Below are positions 48,248-57,601 of a stretch of DNA of 64,000 nt, in pieces. Origin of the DNA: a virus; the IMG/VR virus record IMGVR_UViG_3300032675_000009, positions 19,314 to 83,313 of that record, one strand, 5' to 3'. The number at the start of each line of letters is the position of its first letter. Position 1 is the stretch's first letter. A program made the position numbers and the translations under genes. The notes under the pieces were generated by a model. That model searched no databases. It saw nothing but the letters and a program-made list of their open reading frames with translations, and had not been told where the DNA came from.

Positions 48248-48968
48248 TCGATACCGTCCCTTTCTTGTGATACATCTGCTTCAAAAACTCCCGCACCGCG
48301 CCGCGTTTGGCGCGTTGAATGATCTGCTTGTTCGGCAGCATCCCAGCCTCATAGACCAGCCTGTCCTCCTCGGAATGCCGGCTGCGCAATGCCTCACGGG
48401 CCGACACTGCGTTCTCGCCGGCCTCGTTACGAATGCACTGTTGATCTAGTTGATCTAAGTACAGGGGATCATTCGTCTCCTGCAGGTGCTCAGCCAAGCG
48501 CAGGCAGAGGTTGTGAAGATCCGGGTCGTAGCATGGACGCGATAGCCAACCAATAGCGTCCGTGTCCGTATCTCCCACCGCGATTCCAATCCGATACCGG
48601 TAAGACTCCGAGCATAGCCACTGCAGGAGTGGCTCGTTGATGACCCGATCTTCTACGCCGACAATCCGCAGGCCACGCCGGACTAACTTCTCGGCGTTCT
48701 TTTGTGAGTACGTCTTGGCGTAATCCATCCCCATGACGCACAACATCTCAGCTTCACAGGAAAATGTTTCCGCATTACAGATCAATCCCAGTGGCTCCAG
48801 GATTGGATCAAAAACATCAGCCAAGTACGATCGCAGCGAGCGGAGTTTCATCTGCATGACTCCATCGGCGCCGCACTCTTTAGGAATCGATGCGATGGCA
48901 TCATCCAGAGCAAAGCAAAGCTTCGCCTTAGCCAACATGTGCCGCTGCTGTTTCGTGTACGAATTCAC
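48201..48968 (-). CDS. Hypothetical protein with possible divergent Nop/IS110-like (TasA-like) C-terminus
   Basis: PCYDPDLHNLCLRL..., RNEAGE...YEAGMLPNKQIIQRAKRGAVREFL; similarity judged by eye only. Confidence 0.45.
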   Translation of the reverse strand: MNSYTKQQRHMLAKAKLCFALDDAIASIPKECGADGVMQMKLRSLRSYLADVFDPILEPLGLICNAETFSCEAEMLCVMGMDYAKTYSQKNAEKLVRRGLRIVGVEDRVINEPLLQWLCSESYRYRIGIAVGDTDTDAIGWLSRPCYDPDLHNLCLRLAEHLQETNDPLYLDQLDQQCIRNEAGENAVSAREALRSRHSEEDRLVYEAGMLPNKQIIQRAKRGAVREFLKQMYHKKGTVSNGVYESPRNSGNQLV

Positions 48969-50794
48969 TTAGGCCCCCCCCCTGCATGTGTGGCCTTGTC
49001 AATCAAACGTGAGATACTTCCCTTCGAGAACGACAGGTTCCCCGCGTCGAATTGAGCCTTGGCAAATTTGTAGAACTCGTGACTGCTCTTGTAGCGCCGC
49101 TTGATGTCCCGATCCCGGTACCAAAGCATGTTGCACTGCTTATCCGTTGGGCCCTCTTTGTGCCACGCCGCATTGGTTTTCAGCAGCACCGTGTCAGCCG
49201 GCGGAACCAATCCATCCGCAATCGCAAAAGCGTTCGGAAGCGAGTCGCAGGTGGTGTGGATTGCCCGCACTCCGTTCTTGGTGTGAGCCACCTCGTACTT
49301 CCCGAGGGCGTCCTCTCGGATCTGCAGTGATGATCCCGTGCTGGCCACGTTGATCGAGTAACAGCCAGGCGCAATCTCCAGCCACGAGAACTTACTGTGC
49401 TTGCGGGCCACCTCCGGGACTACCGGCGGCCGGAACAGGTCAACGTGAAGGACCGCCGACTTGATGTCCTCCAGGTTCGAGTACTGCTTCAGGTCAAGCC
49501 CGGGTTGCTTCTTCTGGATCTCAGCGATCTTAGCCGCAACAGCCGGCGCCGATTCGCCCTTGAGATCGAACTCGGGACGCAGGCCAAACAGGGTTGGAAT
49601 CGTAACCAACGAATGGCGGGCCGAAGAGTCACAGAAATCAATGATCGTCGCAGAGTGCTTGACAAGCGGTGGCATCACCCCGCGCGATCGCAATTCAAGA
49701 TAATCCTCGGGGGATGGAAACGGTCTCAGGACCCGGCCAACTTCCTGGATATATCGAGAACTGCTCTTGGTTGGGCGAGCCATTAGGCCAACAGTCGCCC
49801 TTGGTAGATCACTACCTTCCGAAAGCGCGGCGCAACTCGCGAGACCTCCGGCGGCCCCCTCGTTGAATAGGCGCAAGAACTTCTTTCGCTCTTCAGGTGG
49901 GGTTTTCCCGGATACCGGATAGCAGGAAATGCCGCGTCGAAAAAAGGCCGCCGATATGTCATGGGCGTGCTGGATGTCCACAGTGAAACACATGAACTGC
50001 TGGCCGCCGCCCAGTTCCAAGTACTTATCGACGATGAGATTATTGCGCTCCGGTGTGTTGATCGTCTTCCCGAGGTCCCCAATGTTAAAATCGCCAGCGG
50101 TGATCTTGACATTCTTCAGACTGACATCAGTGTTGACTCGATGCCCGACAGGCTTGGCGAGGTATGGGTACAGGGCCCCCTCGATCATCACTCCATCTTG
50201 GCAAGCTTGCTCAATGCCGTAATCAAAAGTGATCTTGTCGAAGATGACTTCGAGCCCGATATTGTCCGAACGGTTCGGCGTTGCCGTCACCCCAAGCAGC
50301 AACGTGTTCTTGTTGCGCGCCGGGTCACCCTTCATCACCCGAAGGTAACGCAAGATGCGAAGGTAGGTTTCCGCGCAAGCCGCGTGGTGAGCCTCGTCGA
50401 TAACAACGCACACCACCCGGTCAGGATTGATAGACTTGATCCGATCGCAATAGGCGGAGCCGCTTTCGCCGGCCTTGCCGATCGTCTGAACGCTAGCGAC
50501 TATAATGTCCGAATCTGGATCTGATCGGTACTGCGCCTTCTCCATTGAGATCTTGAGGCCAGGGTTATAGCGCTCAAGTTTTTCTACGGACTGAAAAGCT
50601 AATTCATCCCGGTGAACCAGAACCACCATCTGATCGCCCGGCTTAAGGTCCAAGACTTCAGTGGGCAGGTGAGACAGCACCACGGTTTTTCCTAACCCCG
50701 TCGCCATCACAAGCAAGAGCGAGTTGAGCCCGGCCGCCCTGTCTTCGCGTATCGCTTCCAGGGCGTCGTTCTGATACGGTCGGCTTAAGGGCAT
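48965..50794 (-). CDS. SF2 DEAD/DEAH-box helicase
   Basis: RPYQ, ATGLGKT, DEAHH, TAT, QEVGRVLR. Confidence 0.92.
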   Translation of the reverse strand: MPLSRPYQNDALEAIREDRAAGLNSLLLVMATGLGKTVVLSHLPTEVLDLKPGDQMVVLVHRDELAFQSVEKLERYNPGLKISMEKAQYRSDPDSDIIVASVQTIGKAGESGSAYCDRIKSINPDRVVCVVIDEAHHAACAETYLRILRYLRVMKGDPARNKNTLLLGVTATPNRSDNIGLEVIFDKITFDYGIEQACQDGVMIEGALYPYLAKPVGHRVNTDVSLKNVKITAGDFNIGDLGKTINTPERNNLIVDKYLELGGGQQFMCFTVDIQHAHDISAAFFRRGISCYPVSGKTPPEERKKFLRLFNEGAAGGLASCAALSEGSDLPRATVGLMARPTKSSSRYIQEVGRVLRPFPSPEDYLELRSRGVMPPLVKHSATIIDFCDSSARHSLVTIPTLFGLRPEFDLKGESAPAVAAKIAEIQKKQPGLDLKQYSNLEDIKSAVLHVDLFRPPVVPEVARKHSKFSWLEIAPGCYSINVASTGSSLQIREDALGKYEVAHTKNGVRAIHTTCDSLPNAFAIADGLVPPADTVLLKTNAAWHKEGPTDKQCNMLWYRDRDIKRRYKSSHEFYKFAKAQFDAGNLSFSKGSISRLIDKATHAGGGPK

Positions 50795-51123
50795 GTGCGC
50801 ACCCCGGGGCCTATGCGGCGACTCAACTCCTTCTGTAGATCCGCCAGCGCGCTCATACACTTAGCGATGTGTGAGTCTAGGTATTCCGCGACCGAAGCAA
50901 ACTTACCTCGGTGATAGGCGAACACTAGCGCACCAAGTGGGATAGCTGTGACGATCGAAATGGCGTGCAGCCGGTTGGCACCATCAGGGTCTCGCCGCAA
51001 GATGCCCACGAATAGCTCAGCCTCGTGGGGGAAGTTGAACGTGTGGGCCCGCTCAGAAATGTCACATTCCGGGACGGTCCATTCAACACGCATGCCGTTG
51101 ATCTTGAAAGGGGTAGCCAGCAT
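50785..51123 (-). CDS. Hypothetical protein
   Basis: ORF in operon. Confidence 0.5.
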   Translation of the reverse strand: MLATPFKINGMRVEWTVPECDISERAHTFNFPHEAELFVGILRRDPDGANRLHAISIVTAIPLGALVFAYHRGKFASVAEYLDSHIAKCMSALADLQKELSRRIGPGVRTCP

Positions 51124-51125
51124 AC

Positions 51126-51341
51126 TCAGGCCACCTTCCTGGACTCGTACTTACCCTTGATATTGCGGGCAATGTACGATCCAACAGAAGACGATGACAT
51201 CAGGGCGGAGTGTTCCGATTCGGGAACGCCGATGTAGTCATACACCCCACCCTTTAAGAATTCCACTCGCAACGTCTTGGTGTCCTCGTCGTACCCAACG
51301 GCCTTCACGTTGGATGAATTAGCGATTGGCGTCATGTTCAT
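51126..51341 (-). CDS. KTSC domain protein
   Basis: SSNVKAVGYD..TLRVEF..GGVYDYIGVP...SVGSYI..NIKGKY. Confidence 0.9.
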   Translation of the reverse strand: MNMTPIANSSNVKAVGYDEDTKTLRVEFLKGGVYDYIGVPESEHSALMSSSSVGSYIARNIKGKYESRKVA

Positions 51342-51592
51342 TTCTGAAACCTCTTTCTTGTGCGATTCAACAGGTGATCAGCCAAGCAAAACAGAACAGC
51401 AAAAGTCATCGCGGCGGCGTAAACCGGGACCAAGCACAAATCCCAAAACCCGAACTCCTCGTAGGTCTTATCCCAGAAATAGATCAACGCCACGATCCCC
51501 ACCACCTCCCAAACCACCGCAATGCAAAGTAGGGCAATCACGACTTCCTCCCCGAGAACCGGATCTCCTGATGCGCCGAACAGCCAGGCCAC
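51338..51592 (-). CDS. Small membrane protein
   Basis: Two hydrophobic segments; start uncertain. Confidence 0.45.
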   Translation of the reverse strand: MAWLFGASGDPVLGEEVVIALLCIAVVWEVVGIVALIYFWDKTYEEFGFWDLCLVPVYAAAMTFAVLFCLADHLLNRTRKRFQK

Positions 51593-52284
51593 TTAAATTC
51601 ACCCTGGAGCTTCTTCGCCATCTGGTTGATCACGGTCTGATTGAACTCGATCAGGCAGACCTCCTGAACCACGCCCTTGACCGCGACCGAGTGCATCAGT
51701 GGAACCTCACCGGCTGCGATAGCCTTGATGAGAGCCATTGGGTCATTCACGGCGCCGATCCAGGGCATTGATTCGCGTACACCCTCCAGCTTGGGTGTAG
51801 CGGGCTCCTGATGGACGACCGCCGCGCTCTCCTCAACCGCCTGTGTGATCTGTTGAGCTTCCTTGACAAAGCCCTGTTTGATCAACTTGGCCGCCGCCGC
51901 CGCAGCCTGCTCGCGTTCCTTACGGGCCTCCTCGTCGCGTTTGTGCTGCCCGGCTTGGGCCGCCATCAACTGTTGGCGTTTCCAGTCGCCCATCTTGGCT
52001 CCGATCTGCCAGCGAAGATTGTCGAGTGGCTTCTTGAACCGGTTGATCTTGTCACAGATGCTTTTATGGAGCTTGTGCGCCATGTCTCGATCAGGGCCGA
52101 AGAAATCCTCGACCTGCTTCTCGAATGAGGCCACGCGGTTAAGAGCATCGCCGGCCGCCCGGTAGTCATCCTCGCTCTTGATATTGAGGGTAGTAATGGA
52201 AACCTCGACCAAGGCTAACTCGCTTGTCAGTAGCGAGGTGTCCTTCGAGGTGTTGATCGTTACCGTCTCGTTTGTTGTCGTCAA
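51538..52284 (-). CDS. Coiled-coil phage protein of recombination module
   Basis: TTG start overlapping the upstream stop; helical composition. Confidence 0.6.
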   Translation of the reverse strand: MTTTNETVTINTSKDTSLLTSELALVEVSITTLNIKSEDDYRAAGDALNRVASFEKQVEDFFGPDRDMAHKLHKSICDKINRFKKPLDNLRWQIGAKMGDWKRQQLMAAQAGQHKRDEEARKEREQAAAAAAKLIKQGFVKEAQQITQAVEESAAVVHQEPATPKLEGVRESMPWIGAVNDPMALIKAIAAGEVPLMHSVAVKGVVQEVCLIEFNQTVINQMAKKLQGEFKWPGCSAHQEIRFSGRKS

Positions 52285-52886
52285 GGTAGTAGTCCGTTCT
52301 GCTGGCGAAACTTCCAGATCGCCAGCCCGTTGAGCCATAGATTTACCCACTTCTGCTCGGAGTAGTCCACCAAGGTGAACTTTCCGCTCTCTTCAAGGCG
52401 AACCGCCTTCGCCTTGTCGGGCACTAATCCCTTACATTCCCGGAGCATGTGCCGGTACGCCCCGAGTTGAATACCCACTCCAGCCGGCAGGGTCCCGCTC
52501 TTCAGGTCCAGCAGCCAATACTCAGGGCCGACCATGCCGAACTGGTCAAGGGTCCCGGCTGTTGAACTCGCCTTGGAGTAAACGGGCTCCTCACACAGAA
52601 TCGCCTTGAAGCCCGTTTGCTTCAAAAAGTCCTCGTAGGCCCGCACGAACGGAACGATCTTAGGATGCGTTCCGCTTTCACTGTACGTGCCTTCTTGGAC
52701 ATACCGACAGGCCAGGTGTACCGCATGCCCTCGCTTGCGGTACACCTCATCACGTTCCCAAGGCCCGCCCTTGCGGAGCCCCAAGTCCGTCATGATCCTG
52801 CTGACGCCGAACATTTCATTGCCACCGAAATAATACCGGTGCTCGGTCGCGTCGAACTGGATCTCGTCTTGTCCGAATTCGGACAT
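52281..52886 (-). CDS. PD-(D/E)XK (RecB/Cas4-like) exonuclease
   Basis: RGHAVH, E..V, AGTLD, DLKSG, QLGAY. Confidence 0.85.
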   Translation of the reverse strand: MSEFGQDEIQFDATEHRYYFGGNEMFGVSRIMTDLGLRKGGPWERDEVYRKRGHAVHLACRYVQEGTYSESGTHPKIVPFVRAYEDFLKQTGFKAILCEEPVYSKASSTAGTLDQFGMVGPEYWLLDLKSGTLPAGVGIQLGAYRHMLRECKGLVPDKAKAVRLEESGKFTLVDYSEQKWVNLWLNGLAIWKFRQQNGLLP

Positions 52887-52888
52887 GG

Positions 52889-53116
52889 CTACGATTTACC
52901 TCCGGTGCAAATCTCTGTGACTTTGAGCTGTTGCTCGTAGGTGCAGCCATTGTGGACGAAGCGAACGGGAATCCCCGTCGCCTCCTCCAGCCTGAAAGCG
53001 TCACGGGCACCATCCATGACGGTTACCCCGCCGCGTAATTCAAGTGTGATCTTGTATGTTGAAGGAAGTGTCATTACCACTCTTGGGGCTATTCCGATTG
53101 CCTCTCCAATATTCAT
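52889..53116 (-). CDS. Hypothetical protein
   Basis: ORF with AGGA RBS. Confidence 0.5.
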   Translation of the reverse strand: MNIGEAIGIAPRVVMTLPSTYKITLELRGGVTVMDGARDAFRLEEATGIPVRFVHNGCTYEQQLKVTEICTGGKS

Positions 53117-53135
53117 ACTCTGCGTTTCCTTTCTG

Positions 53136-54611
53136 TTACCCGAACGGAAGCTCGTCCGTATCATCGTTTGCGTCATTGGATGCCGCGTCCCCGGACTGCC
53201 GGTTCTTCTCTTCCCGCATCATGGCTTGCGCCAGGCGAACCCCACTGGTGACGGTCTTGCTGTCCAGTTCACCAATAGGCTTGCCGTGAACCTTCTCCAG
53301 ATCAGCGACAAGCTGGGAGACCGAAATCTTGAACTCGTCACTGATCTCCATCAGCAAGTAGGCGTCCCGGCTCACCCGCGAAACCCGGAAGTACTGATAA
53401 GCATCAGCATCCGACAACGCCTTGAGGCCGTTCATGTCGACGTACTTCAGGTAGTCCTCGGGGGTCAACCCGTAGTGCGTCATGCAGTCCTTAGCGAGTT
53501 CAATGGTCTTGTCGGACCACGAGTAACCGCGAAGGGCCTCCTCCAGTACGCCTCCAGAGTGTTTGGCGATGCGCCCGGCGCCACTGGGATCATTCATGAA
53601 CGCGGTAAGCGAGATGGCTAAGGAAGCATGAAGCGATGGGAATCCCACGTTCAGGATCTCATCGATGTTGCACGCGGACATCTTGCTGACACCAAAGAAT
53701 CCCAAAAGAAAATCCTTGATGGCTTTATCAGCCTTGGTCGGGTTCATCTTGGCTTCAAGCAGAAGGTCCTTGGCCTTATTGAATTCGGCTAGGTACAGAT
53801 CCTTAGCGGTGGGTGCTGCCGGCTTCTGATCGGTAGTGGCAGGTGCGGGTGCCGGTTCAGGTGCAGGCTCAGCAGCTTTAGCGACGGGTTCAGGCGCAAC
53901 CGCGTGGGCTATCGGTTCGGCCTTGACTTCGACCACCACCGGGGCAGGTTCGGCCTTCTCCGGTTCTGGTTCAGCAGCCTTGGGTTTGCGCGCTACCACA
54001 AACTCCTCGTTACCGCCGTGCGTGATCTGGTCGGCACGGGCTTGATCGGAAGCAGATGAATCGCCCTCAATGTCCGCAACCTCTTCCGGCGTGTAGAGGT
54101 TTCCGCCGCCGTAATCCGAAGCCAAGGCCCGGAACAGATCACCAATCGCACGGGCCCGGTTCATAGCTCGCGGGTACTTCGTGTGTTGGCCGCCAATCCC
54201 CGCGCGTTTAGTATCAGCAACGTCCCATGTTGCGGTGTATTCGTCGCCGTCAGGGCGGCGGCCGTGGATCTCGCAGCCGTCGTTGTCGCAGCGCTTGAAG
54301 GTCAACTTGATTCCGTTGCGCCTCATGATCACCAGCATCCAGTTTGAGTACAAGGCCAACCGTTTCTGTGGGCTCAGCCAAAAAGCATCGAGACTCTCCA
54401 TCGGTTTCAAGCCCATCTCGCGGCCGCGCAACATCACAGCCATGAGCGTGCCCGGGTGCCCTTGAAGTCCGACTGGCATAAACGGGCTGTCCTTCATTTC
54501 GTTTGCGAAGTTCTTGAGTAGACTCAGAGATGCCGCCGTTGGTAGGCCAATGGCCTGTGCGTCATCCTCTGTGTACACTCGCGTCAGTTTATTCTGTGCT
54601 TCCGGTGTCAT
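53136..54611 (-). CDS. RecT-like single-strand annealing protein
   Basis: GREMGLKPM, KYPRAM.RARA, YTPEE; acidic DELPF tail; adjacent to the exonuclease. Confidence 0.7.
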   Translation of the reverse strand: MTPEAQNKLTRVYTEDDAQAIGLPTAASLSLLKNFANEMKDSPFMPVGLQGHPGTLMAVMLRGREMGLKPMESLDAFWLSPQKRLALYSNWMLVIMRRNGIKLTFKRCDNDGCEIHGRRPDGDEYTATWDVADTKRAGIGGQHTKYPRAMNRARAIGDLFRALASDYGGGNLYTPEEVADIEGDSSASDQARADQITHGGNEEFVVARKPKAAEPEPEKAEPAPVVVEVKAEPIAHAVAPEPVAKAAEPAPEPAPAPATTDQKPAAPTAKDLYLAEFNKAKDLLLEAKMNPTKADKAIKDFLLGFFGVSKMSACNIDEILNVGFPSLHASLAISLTAFMNDPSGAGRIAKHSGGVLEEALRGYSWSDKTIELAKDCMTHYGLTPEDYLKYVDMNGLKALSDADAYQYFRVSRVSRDAYLLMEISDEFKISVSQLVADLEKVHGKPIGELDSKTVTSGVRLAQAMMREEKNRQSGDAASNDANDDTDELPFG

Positions 54612-55251
54612 TTTTACTTCCTTTCCTGCTTTCCTCCCGCTCTTTGGCCAAGCGGTGAAGCTCCAATTCAAACTCTTTCCCTTCCGGCGTTCCGCCCTTC
54701 CACCGCGCGTTGATCTCCGCGCTGCTCAGTGGCTTGCCGTGTCCAAGCCGTGACGGTTTAGCAACCGGGTAGCGGTAGGTATTCACGCCGTACCCTTCGA
54801 TGATGACGAACGGCATTTCAGCCTTGAGCCCAGACCAGTCCACGGTGTAGTCAATGCCGTCGCGCTGAAGGGTCTGGCAGGTATTGACAATAGCCTTCCA
54901 ACATCGCTTGAAGCAATGCAACTCGTCAGCGTAACTGCGACCGCCAATCCAGCGGTGCATCAGGTTCTCATGCGTCGTGTACGTAAACACCTTTGATCGG
55001 TGCTTCACGATGCGCGGAGATTCCACGACGGTAAACCACTGGGGCCAAACCACGCGCACCGCGCGTTCCGCCAAGGCGACCGGGCACTTCGCCTGCGCGG
55101 AAACTACACCGATTGCTTTCTCGGCTGATAGGTTAAAACCACTGAACATAGCCGCCACCATTCGGGCGGTTTCGATAGGCACCGATTCAGGCGTCAAGTG
55201 AATGTTCCTTTCATTGGCCGAAATGCCGGCCTGTTTCAGATGATAATTCAA
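54589..55251 (-). CDS. Hypothetical protein (true start probably downstream of 55240)
   Basis: ORF; a promoter overlaps the annotated start. Confidence 0.5.
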   Translation of the reverse strand: MNYHLKQAGISANERNIHLTPESVPIETARMVAAMFSGFNLSAEKAIGVVSAQAKCPVALAERAVRVVWPQWFTVVESPRIVKHRSKVFTYTTHENLMHRWIGGRSYADELHCFKRCWKAIVNTCQTLQRDGIDYTVDWSGLKAEMPFVIIEGYGVNTYRYPVAKPSRLGHGKPLSSAEINARWKGGTPEGKEFELELHRLAKEREESRKGSKNDTGSTE

Positions 55252-55286
55252 AAAACGGATTCCGTCAACGACAATTTTGATACAAT
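55240..55286. promoter_or_regulatory. Divergent promoters: minus TTGACG-17-TATCAT (55268-55240), plus TGATACAAT (55278-55286)
   Basis: Direct matches. Confidence 0.5.
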
Positions 55287-55460
55287 CGAATCGATGATGA
55301 CCAGGCGCTTATTTGCAGGACTTTTCGCGGCGGCCTCCACCGGTGTCGCCATCCCGCATCCAAACTCATACGGCGGCGGCGCGTTCTTCAACCAATACCC
55401 GGAGTGGAAACAACTGGCTTCCGGTTGGGACCGGCAATCAATGATCGACCGCCCCCGGCT

Positions 55461-55970
55461 CTACTGATAACCCAGGCGCCGCATCTGTTTTTCGAGTATC
55501 GCGACGGCTCGCATCTTGCGGTTCTTGCGAGCTTGCACAGTGCAACCAGTAAATTCGTCTTCAGCTAAGTACGCAAGCATAACATCGCGCAAGATCGGCG
55601 TTTGCTTCTCGATACAAGCCAGCATATCGCGAGACCTCTGTTCTTGATAGGCCACCTGCTCGGGAGAAGGATCCCCGGACCGGCAATCAAAGCCTTCCGC
55701 GAAGGGTATTTCTCGATCATAGTATCGCTTGTGCGGCCGAACAATAGAGCAAGCGCAGTTGACGACGATCGCGTGAACCCACGACGCCAGATTGGCGTCC
55801 TGTCGGAACGTGTGTCGAAACCGCCAGGCGTTGGCGTAGGCATCCTGAACAGCGTCCTCTGCACGGTCCAGGCCAACAGTCCGTGCAGCCACACGCAGAT
55901 GACGTGTGTGGTAGTTGGTAAACACCTCGATGAGTCTGGCTTGCATGTCCGAATCCGGACATCGCGCCAT
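55461..55970 (-). CDS. ECF-type RNA polymerase sigma factor
   Basis: AEDAVQDAY..AW..F...ASWVHAIVVN region 2; region-4-like C-terminus. Confidence 0.8.
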   Translation of the reverse strand: MARCPDSDMQARLIEVFTNYHTRHLRVAARTVGLDRAEDAVQDAYANAWRFRHTFRQDANLASWVHAIVVNCACSIVRPHKRYYDREIPFAEGFDCRSGDPSPEQVAYQEQRSRDMLACIEKQTPILRDVMLAYLAEDEFTGCTVQARKNRKMRAVAILEKQMRRLGYQ

Positions 55971-55977
55971 TTGCGGG

Positions 55978-57018
55978 CTAGTCCCCATCGATGGTGAATT
56001 CCCCCTCGCTGTTCAGTCTATACCAAGTATCCGCCTTCAAATTGCCGTCAGAGCCATCTCCGCAGCCGATCAGCGCGCACCGCATTTCCCCGCGTTCCTC
56101 TTTGGGGTTCCACCAAGCCAAGGCGATACAGCCATACTTGCCGGCCTTAGCTCTACCGTACAGGCCAGTAACTACGGCCGCGCCACTCCATCCGGTGGCG
56201 GAGGCCGCGCCACTCTCTCCGGTGGCGGAGGCCGCGCCCCTCGCTCCGGTGGCGGAGGCCGCGCCACTCGCTCCGGTGGCGGAGGCCGCGCCCCTCGCTC
56301 CGGTGGCGGAGGCCGCGCCCCTCGCTCCGGTGGCGGAGGCCGCGCCCCTCTCTCCGGTGGCGGAGGCCGCGCCACTCCATCCGGTGGCGGAGGCCGCGCC
56401 ACTCCATCCGGTGGCGGAGGCCGCGCCCCTCGCTCCGGTGGCGGAGGCCGCGCCACTCCATCCGGTGGCGGAGGCCGCGCCACTCTCTCTGGTGGCGGAG
56501 GCCGCGCCACTCCATCCGGTGGCGGAGGCCGCGCCACTCTCTCCGGTGGCGGAGGCCGCGCCCCTCGCTCCGGTGGCGGAGGCCGCGCCACTCGCTCCGG
56601 TGGCGGAGGCCGCGCCACTCGCTGAAAGGCTGACAAGATTCATTTGGCCTGCGAGCACAAAAGCTGTCGCTTCAACCCATGAGCCGACAAGGCGAATCAC
56701 GCCACGCTTTGCCTTGCACTTACCGCCAAGATTTACAACATCTTCCGGTTTGGCCCCGAAGACAATCCAGCATGCGGACCATTCGCAGTTTTTCCCGTCG
56801 CCCAAGGATAAACCCCAAGGCCAACCGTGCAAACCGCCACCGCAAGATGGGGTCGTAGTCCAATCCGGCGCCTTAACCTCAGCGCCAATTTCCAGCGGCC
56901 ACTTGAACCCGCCATAGGCTTCCCCTGTGAGGGACACGTGCTTGACGATGAGAACCTCATCGCCGCCGTTGGTCCACTGATGCGCTTCCGATAAACTCCA
57001 GATCTTCTCCTCGTTCAT
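55978..57018 (-). CDS. Phage protein with 16 GAASATGxx repeats
   Basis: CGGGLHG N-domain, 9-aa repeats, LKADTWYRL C-terminus. Confidence 0.8.
   Translation of the reverse strand: MNEEKIWSLSEAHQWTNGGDEVLIVKHVSLTGEAYGGFKWPLEIGAEVKAPDWTTTPSCGGGLHGWPWGLSLGDGKNCEWSACWIVFGAKPEDVVNLGGKCKAKRGVIRLVGSWVEATAFVLAGQMNLVSLSASGAASATGASGAASATGARGAASATGESGAASATGWSGAASATRESGAASATGWSGAASATGARGAASATGWSGAASATGWSGAASATGERGAASATGARGAASATGARGAASATGASGAASATGARGAASATGESGAASATGWSGAAVVTGLYGRAKAGKYGCIALAWWNPKEERGEMRCALIGCGDGSDGNLKADTWYRLNSEGEFTIDGD
56176..56621. repeat. 27-bp tandem repeat, about 16.5 copies
   Basis: GGTGGCGGAGGCCGCGCC(A/C)CTCnnTCC units. Confidence 0.95.
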
Positions 57019-57380
57019 TTCACTCTCCAGTCTTCAGGTAAAACCAAGTTAGACGGCGGATCGGTAAAGAGCCCGCGCATCGTGGATTCATCATAGCCAG
57101 CCAAGCCGCAACCAACTTTGGTCAGCAGGAATTCCATGCCGGAATACTCGAGGCATGTGTGATAAAGTAGATCGCGTGCGATCTGGAGCCGCACATAAGA
57201 CAACTGGCTCAACGTCCTACTCAAAGTAGGGAAGGCGTAGGACTGCCCGGTCATCCCCTCGCCCACTCCGTACTCCGCACCGAACTGTTTGTACGCTTGC
57301 CGTGCCGCGCCTGCGCCATGTCGTCCCGCCAAGTTGGAGCCAAAAACGAAAATCTGATTCGGCTCAAGTTTCTCAATCAC
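57015..57380 (-). CDS. Macro-like (A1S_2505-type) domain protein
   Basis: IFVFGSNLAGRHGAGAA...SYAFPT...TKVGCGLAG. Confidence 0.75.
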   Translation of the reverse strand: MIEKLEPNQIFVFGSNLAGRHGAGAARQAYKQFGAEYGVGEGMTGQSYAFPTLSRTLSQLSYVRLQIARDLLYHTCLEYSGMEFLLTKVGCGLAGYDESTMRGLFTDPPSNLVLPEDWRVK

Positions 57381-57601
57381 TGTTTCGCCTTCGCTTTCTT
57401 TGCTGCTGCTTTCAACTCGCGTTCTTTGGCCGCTTCGATCTTGGCGCCAAACTGGTAGAGCGCGACGGCATCCACCATGAATTCCTTGCGTGTCCGCTCC
57501 AGCCGAACCCCCACCCACGTCGGATGAATCGTGATGATGACGTTGCGTCCACGGTAACTGCTGAATGTCTTCCGGCGAACCGGCTTGAGGGCCTCGGTCA
57601 T
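57377..57601 (-). CDS. Hypothetical protein
   Basis: Coupled ORF. Confidence 0.55.
   Translation of the reverse strand: MTEALKPVRRKTFSSYRGRNVIITIHPTWVGVRLERTRKEFMVDAVALYQFGAKIEAAKERELKAAAKKAKAKQ

Noticed and set aside
48974-48982. C9/G9 tract as a phase-variation switch
   Set aside because: It lies in the last codons of the helicase and likely serves as RBS for the next gene; the shift into the next gene's frame hits a stop codon, so no fusion results.
52281-52886. Cas4 as evidence of a CRISPR system
   Set aside because: PD-(D/E)XK exonuclease lacking the Fe-S cysteine cluster and located near a RecT-like gene: an ordinary phage recombination module.
56176-56621. CRISPR array
   Set aside because: Head-to-tail 27-bp coding repeats without unique spacers; no cas genes.
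55915-56917. Long alternative-frame ORFs over the 27-bp repeat
   Set aside because: Stop-free only because of the repeat; the minus-strand GAASATG frame has the conserved flanking domains.
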